A stretch of DNA of 64,000 bases from a virus (Duplodnaviria; Heunggongvirae; Uroviricota; Caudoviricetes), in IMG/VR virus record IMGVR_UViG_3300037466_002980, positions 298,811 to 362,810 of that record; one strand, 5' to 3'. Of the stretch, positions 62,530 through 64,000 are shown one piece after another. Each line of letters starts with the position of its first letter. The first letter of the stretch is position 1. Made by a program: the position numbers and the translations under genes. A model generated the notes under the pieces. It was not told the DNA's origin. It saw only the letters and a program-made list of their open reading frames with translations, and ran no database searches.

Positions 62530-62890
62530 AGCAATTCTCTAAGAATCTTTCAACGCTTCCACATAATTTAATTGTTAAGGCATCACCCTCTGAAAATACA
62601 ACCAATTTCTTTCTAGAAAAATAATAAGGATATTCTAATGTTGATAATCCCAATATATGTTTGGTCTTTATGGTTAACGGAACATCAAAAACATAGATAT
62701 CAAACAATCTTTTAAAGACCTTATATCCTTCTCTTGATAATCTTAATCCAACTCTACTATTGAAAATAATTTTTTCTAAATCATCATCATTCTTATGCGA
62801 TAATTCAGATATTGAATCTCTAATTTCTTGAAAAATAGCATCTTTTAATTGACTCATTGAATATTTATAGAAGCCAACGAAAAATACCAA
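62513..62890 (-). CDS. hypothetical protein
   Basis: 125-aa ORF. Confidence 0.4.
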   Translation of the reverse strand: MVFFVGFYKYSMSQLKDAIFQEIRDSISELSHKNDDDLEKIIFNSRVGLRLSREGYKVFKRLFDIYVFDVPLTIKTKHILGLSTLEYPYYFSRKKLVVFSEGDALTIKLCGSVERFLENCYERRG

Positions 62891-63110
62891 TCACATTGAT
62901 TGCCATGAAGAAAAAATTCTGGTGTGTAAGTACCTTTGATGCATTTGATCTTTTCAAAAGATACATTGATCCAAAATTGGATGCTAGAAATAAAATATAT
63001 GCCCAACCGGAAAACGGTAGATGAAATGCAAGTAGTGCTGACGCAAGAACCGCACCCCAAAAAGAAATAATTTCGCAAAATTTTAACATATTATAATATA
63101 GCATAGTCAC
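62865..63110 (-). CDS. small membrane protein
   Basis: two hydrophobic helices; preferred over the ORF at 62854..63078 in the alternative frame. Confidence 0.4.
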   Translation of the reverse strand: MTMLYYNMLKFCEIISFWGAVLASALLAFHLPFSGWAYILFLASNFGSMYLLKRSNASKVLTHQNFFFMAINVIGIFRWLL

Positions 63111-63111
63111 A

Positions 63112-63534
63112 GTGGCAAAAACAATCGGAAAGGGGAATTCGAATATAAATAGTAGTATGAAGATCTTCGAAACAGTACAAAATCACATGATTTCCGAAAT
63201 GTTGAAATTATGCCAACATGAATTAGAAATAGATGATTTTCCTCCGATTGAATTTATTGACGAACCTTTCCTAAAAGGTGGTAATAAATATTCCTTTGGA
63301 GAATTCGATGGATCGAGTATAAAGGTTATAACCAAAAATAGACATCCAATGGATGTCATGCGAACACTCGCTCATGAATTAGTTCATTGGAAACAAATGT
63401 GTGAAAAGCAACCAATGGATGGCAATGATGGTAGTGAAACAGAGAATGCGGCCAATGCAGTAGCCGGAATTATCATGAGACGTTTTGGGGAAAGATATCC
63501 AGAGTATTTCATGGATATCCTACCAAACAATTAA
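63112..63534 (+). CDS. HExxH-motif protein, possibly an ImmA/IrrE-like or SprT-like metallopeptidase
   Basis: 'TLAHELVHWKQ'. Confidence 0.4.
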   Translation: MAKTIGKGNSNINSSMKIFETVQNHMISEMLKLCQHELEIDDFPPIEFIDEPFLKGGNKYSFGEFDGSSIKVITKNRHPMDVMRTLAHELVHWKQMCEKQPMDGNDGSETENAANAVAGIIMRRFGERYPEYFMDILPNN

Positions 63535-63535
63535 T

Positions 63536-63865
63536 TCAATCCTCTATAATGGGAACACCGGTGGTAAGTTTATATACTTGAAAATCGGTAGTCTTGAACA
63601 TCTTATTCAATTTATCAGCCACATTGAATGCTGATCCACTTGATGTAAAAGAAATTTTCTTATATTTCGGTCCGGGATAGGAAACCAATTTACTCAATGT
63701 TCTTAAATTGATAGGTTTACCTTGATAGAACACTGCATAGATGGCCTCTGCCTCTAATACCTGTTCAGCTTTGTATGTTTTCGGATGTACGCTTTCTAAT
63801 AAAACTTGGGGCTTTGGACGGGCCATTCTTTTTATTCTCCAATATTCCAATATTATATTTATCAA
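63536..63865 (-). CDS. hypothetical protein
   Basis: 109-aa ORF. Confidence 0.4.
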   Translation of the reverse strand: MINIILEYWRIKRMARPKPQVLLESVHPKTYKAEQVLEAEAIYAVFYQGKPINLRTLSKLVSYPGPKYKKISFTSSGSAFNVADKLNKMFKTTDFQVYKLTTGVPIIED

Positions 63866-64000
63866 AAATAGGGTTATATTGGACTCTTACTAAAATCAGA
63901 TAAATATCTATATGAAAATATTTGAAATTGAAGATACATCTAAAATGCAAGGAGATTTGTTTACAAATTTCGACAAACCAACATCCTTTAATGTTTTAAT

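Noticed and set aside
62040-63078. ORFs 62040..62234(-), 62056..62250(+) and 62854..63078(-)
   Set aside because: Alternative frames within the repeat-protein gene 62050..62529 and the membrane ORF 62865..63110.

Overview
This window is AT-rich (roughly 30% GC) and gene-dense, with almost every gene on the minus strand and many adjacent genes overlapping by 1 to 8 nt. The layout looks like an accessory region of a large (jumbo-type) bacteriophage. No capsid, terminase or integrase gene is visible.

Most of the window is tandem arrays of small (55-100 aa) paralogous ORFs. I count at least seven distinct families and more than 100 ORFs. All of them carry one short motif at a terminus, roughly 'E-[ED]-D-x-hydrophobic-x-[LF]-K-L-K-[YFR]'. 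It sits at the N-terminus in the 'MTEEDTF..LKR..EM....HGWTWxEY' family (at least 31 copies) and in the 'MNEIExxLxLKY' array. It sits at the C-terminus in the other families ('FENEEDAxxFKLKY' type). The same module is also fused to a RimL-like GNAT acetyltransferase and to two larger proteins. I read this as a massive diversifying small-protein system that has not been described.

Between the arrays sit a few much GC-richer genes (roughly 50-65% GC) that have Shine-Dalgarno sites and their own rho-independent terminators:
- an RtcB RNA ligase
- a MoxR-type AAA+ ATPase
- a DUF2201-like HExxH metallopeptidase fused to a vWA domain
- a second, generic AAA+ ATPase next to a vWA protein and a macro-domain protein
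- an SPFH/Band-7 protein with a small membrane partner
- a signal-peptide D,D-carboxypeptidase of peptidase family S11
- a GT2-like glycosyltransferase, on the plus strand
- an HNH endonuclease
- a phosphoribosyltransferase-like protein
- a GNAT acetyltransferase
- a protein that mimics the C-terminal domain of ribosomal protein bL12

RNA and regulatory features are tRNA-Leu(TAA) with a sigma70-like promoter, tRNA-Arg(TCT), a tRNA-Met-like 3' half fragment, several intrinsic terminators, a 584-nt noncoding gap and two repeat clusters.

The ORF track extends many N-termini too far. True starts are often an internal ATG or GTG tiled as ATGACTGA or GTGTCTAA, where the previous gene's stop codon lies inside the next gene's start.
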